Shown here piece by piece: positions 62,012-64,000 of a stretch of 64,000 bases of DNA. The notes beneath the pieces were generated by a model. It did no database searches. It was not told the DNA's origin and saw nothing but the letters and a program-made list of their open reading frames with translations. How positions within the stretch are numbered: position 1 is the stretch's first letter; each line of letters starts with the position of its first letter. The position numbers and the translations under genes are program-made. This stretch comes from an uncultured Spirochaetota bacterium (lineage in GTDB: Bacteria; Spirochaetota; Spirochaetia; SZUA-6; Fen-1364). The stretch covers positions 32,001 through 96,000 of the forward strand of contig CAVTHO010000006.1 in assembly GCA_963734545.1 (NCBI GenBank), written 5' to 3'.

Positions 62012-62632
62012 TTACGCGGGTGCCATCCGGTAGAAGTCCAGACGCGCCAGCTTGATCTTCTCTATCGATTGAAATCCCGCGCCCTTTGCGAGCGCGAGTA
62101 TTTTCGAGGGCCTCATCCGATGCGCCAGCGGCGGGCCGATCTCCTCGGACCGGTACGGCCACTCGAGGAGCGCGACCCGGTGCCGCGCGACACGCCGCGC
62201 CTCCTGAAGGGCCGCCGCGGGATCATCCGTTTCATGCAGGACCTGTCCGAGGAAGACCAGGTCGAAAGAGCCGTTTTCGAACGGCAGCTGCTCTGCCACG
62301 CCTTCCGCGAACTCCGCGTCCGGCACGAGATGCCGTGCGACATCGAGGAAGCCGGCATTGGGGTCGATGCCCGCGACTCGAAGCGACGCGCCGGCAAAGG
62401 CCTGGGCAAACACGCCGGTTCCCGTGCCGATGTCCAGCGCGCTCTCGATCGGCACGCCTTCCCTGCACAACCGAAGGACGCGCTCTACCTCCAACAAAGC
62501 CAGCCTTTCCGGCGTCCGCAGCTTCTCGGCTCCCAGGGGAAACCGTCGTTCGTGCTTATGCGGATCGGAAGGGCCGAATCCGTCGGGTACGGGACGACCC
62601 GTTCGGGGAGTACCCCGTGCGTCGGCGCTCAT
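62012..62632 (-). CDS. Class I SAM methyltransferase
   Basis: LDIGTGTG, LPF..SFD, LHE. Confidence 0.88.
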   Translation of the reverse strand: MSADARGTPRTGRPVPDGFGPSDPHKHERRFPLGAEKLRTPERLALLEVERVLRLCREGVPIESALDIGTGTGVFAQAFAGASLRVAGIDPNAGFLDVARHLVPDAEFAEGVAEQLPFENGSFDLVFLGQVLHETDDPAAALQEARRVARHRVALLEWPYRSEEIGPPLAHRMRPSKILALAKGAGFQSIEKIKLARLDFYRMAPA

Positions 62633-62904
62633 TCCGGCATGTCGTCCAGGCCGCCCGCGTTGATCACATCCGTGAAGCCGGCCTGTCTCAGGAGGCGCGC
62701 TCCCTGCCCGCTGCGGGCACCCGAGGCGCAGTACAGTACGACGGGCGCGTCCCTGGGCTCCAGCTCATTCATGCGCGCCAGAAGCGAGGAGAGCGGTATG
62801 TTGATCGCTCCCTGATACGCTCCGTCCTTGAACTCGGCCGGCGACCTTACGTCCACGATCCGCGCTCCGGCAGCAATCTTCTCTCTTACCGTGTTTCCCG
62901 CCAT
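62629..62904 (-). CDS. Rhodanese-like protein
   Basis: DVRSPAEF..YCASGARS..NAGG. Confidence 0.9.
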   Translation of the reverse strand: MAGNTVREKIAAGARIVDVRSPAEFKDGAYQGAINIPLSSLLARMNELEPRDAPVVLYCASGARSGQGARLLRQAGFTDVINAGGLDDMPE

Positions 62905-62940
62905 GTCATTTACTCCTTGAAAACGGCCTGCATGCGCCGC

Positions 62941-64000
62941 TTAAGATTCCTCGATGTCAAACCCGCCGTGAGCGAGCGCGATGATGAACCCGCCGGTCAT
63001 GTTTCTCACATCATCCCAGCCATTCTGTTTCAGGATGCGAAGGGCCAGGTGGGCGCGGAACCCCGAGCGGCAATGCACGATGATCGGCCTGCCTTTTGGA
63101 ACCTCGGCCAGTCGAAAACGCAGCTCGTCCACCGGTATGTGCAGAGCGTTCCTGATGTGAGAGGCATCGTACTCGTTGAGGTTGCGCACGTCCAGAAGGA
63201 GCGGAGAATCGACCGTGCCCGCTCCGCTCAGCAGGCGCTGCACGTCGGGAACCGTGACAAGCGGGCTGAATCCGCTGATGTCGTTCAAGCCGACGAACGC
63301 CGCCATGTTGATTGGATCGTTCGCGGATGAATACGGAGGCGCGTAGGCCAGGTCGATCTCCGCAAGATCGTGCAGGGTCATCTTCCCGTGCAGGGCCACG
63401 GCGAGTGAGTCGATCCTCTTCTCCACGCCTTCCTTGCCGAATGCCTGCGCGCCGAGCAGCCGCGCGGTTTTTCGGTCGTACAGGATCTTGAGCACCAGCT
63501 CTTTTCCACCGGGATAGTAGCCGGCATGATGATCCTTGGCCACGATTGCCGCGCCGACATCGAATCCCGCCGCACGAGCGGCGGCTTCAGTGAGGCCGGT
63601 GGATGCGGCGGTGGAGTCGAAAACCTTCACGACGCTCGACCCGAGCGCGCCCGAATATTTCATGGCGATGCCGAGCGCATTGGACGCCGCGATCCTTCCC
63701 TGCCGGTTCGCCGGGCCTGCCAGCGGTATGCGCACTTTGCGGCCCGGACACCGACTGCAGCACCTCGACCATGTCTCCGGCCGCCCAGATGTGGGGATCC
63801 GAGGTGCGCATGTGGTCATCCACGAGGAGACCGCCCGTCTCTCCAATCGCCAGACCCGCTTTTCGGGCAAGACCGAGCTCCGGCCTTACCCCCACGGAGA
63901 CCAGAACCAGCGCGCCCGGAAGCCGGGAGCCATCCGAGAGCTCCACCTCTCCCGCGGCATGCACAGCCCCGAGCCCGACACCCGTCCGCACGCGCACCCC
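62941..64000 (-). CDS. CoA-disulfide-reductase-like flavoprotein with C-terminal rhodanese (partial, apparent frameshift)
   Basis: GVRP..TSDPHIWAAGD, LAGPANRQGR, YAPPYS, HCRSGFR. Confidence 0.9.

Overview
Two-part bacterial window, most likely from a spirochaete (TmpA/TmpB-like pair and spirochaete-type ComFB fusion beside leuS). Bases 1 to ~38.5 kb are visibly lower in GC and form an accessory region built like an integron cassette array. A family of ~110-115 bp attC-type hairpin sites (883-997, 3353-3467, 11454-11565, 12633-12745, 14560-14675, plus half-sites) separates single-gene cassettes. The only recombinase is a 295-aa tyrosine recombinase (12813-13700) that lacks the IntI-specific insertion. 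One cassette has a compensated non-canonical GCT/AGC core. Two diverged IS30 copies are fused to attC at an identical junction, and IS481, IS630 and IS200 elements sit on or next to attC sites, with IS3 remnants nearby. From ~15.8 to 38 kb there is a mostly co-oriented run of cassette-type genes whose attC sites have decayed. Bases ~39-64 kb are GC-rich housekeeping DNA (leuS, Xaa-Pro peptidase, rRNA methyltransferases, mtgA, msrA, dapL, ribA) carrying a REP-like hairpin repeat family, including a 6x23-bp tandem array and an in-frame copy inside a kinase gene. Frameshifts clustered after 58 kb look like sequencing error. All family assignments come from motif recognition by eye; no database search was run.
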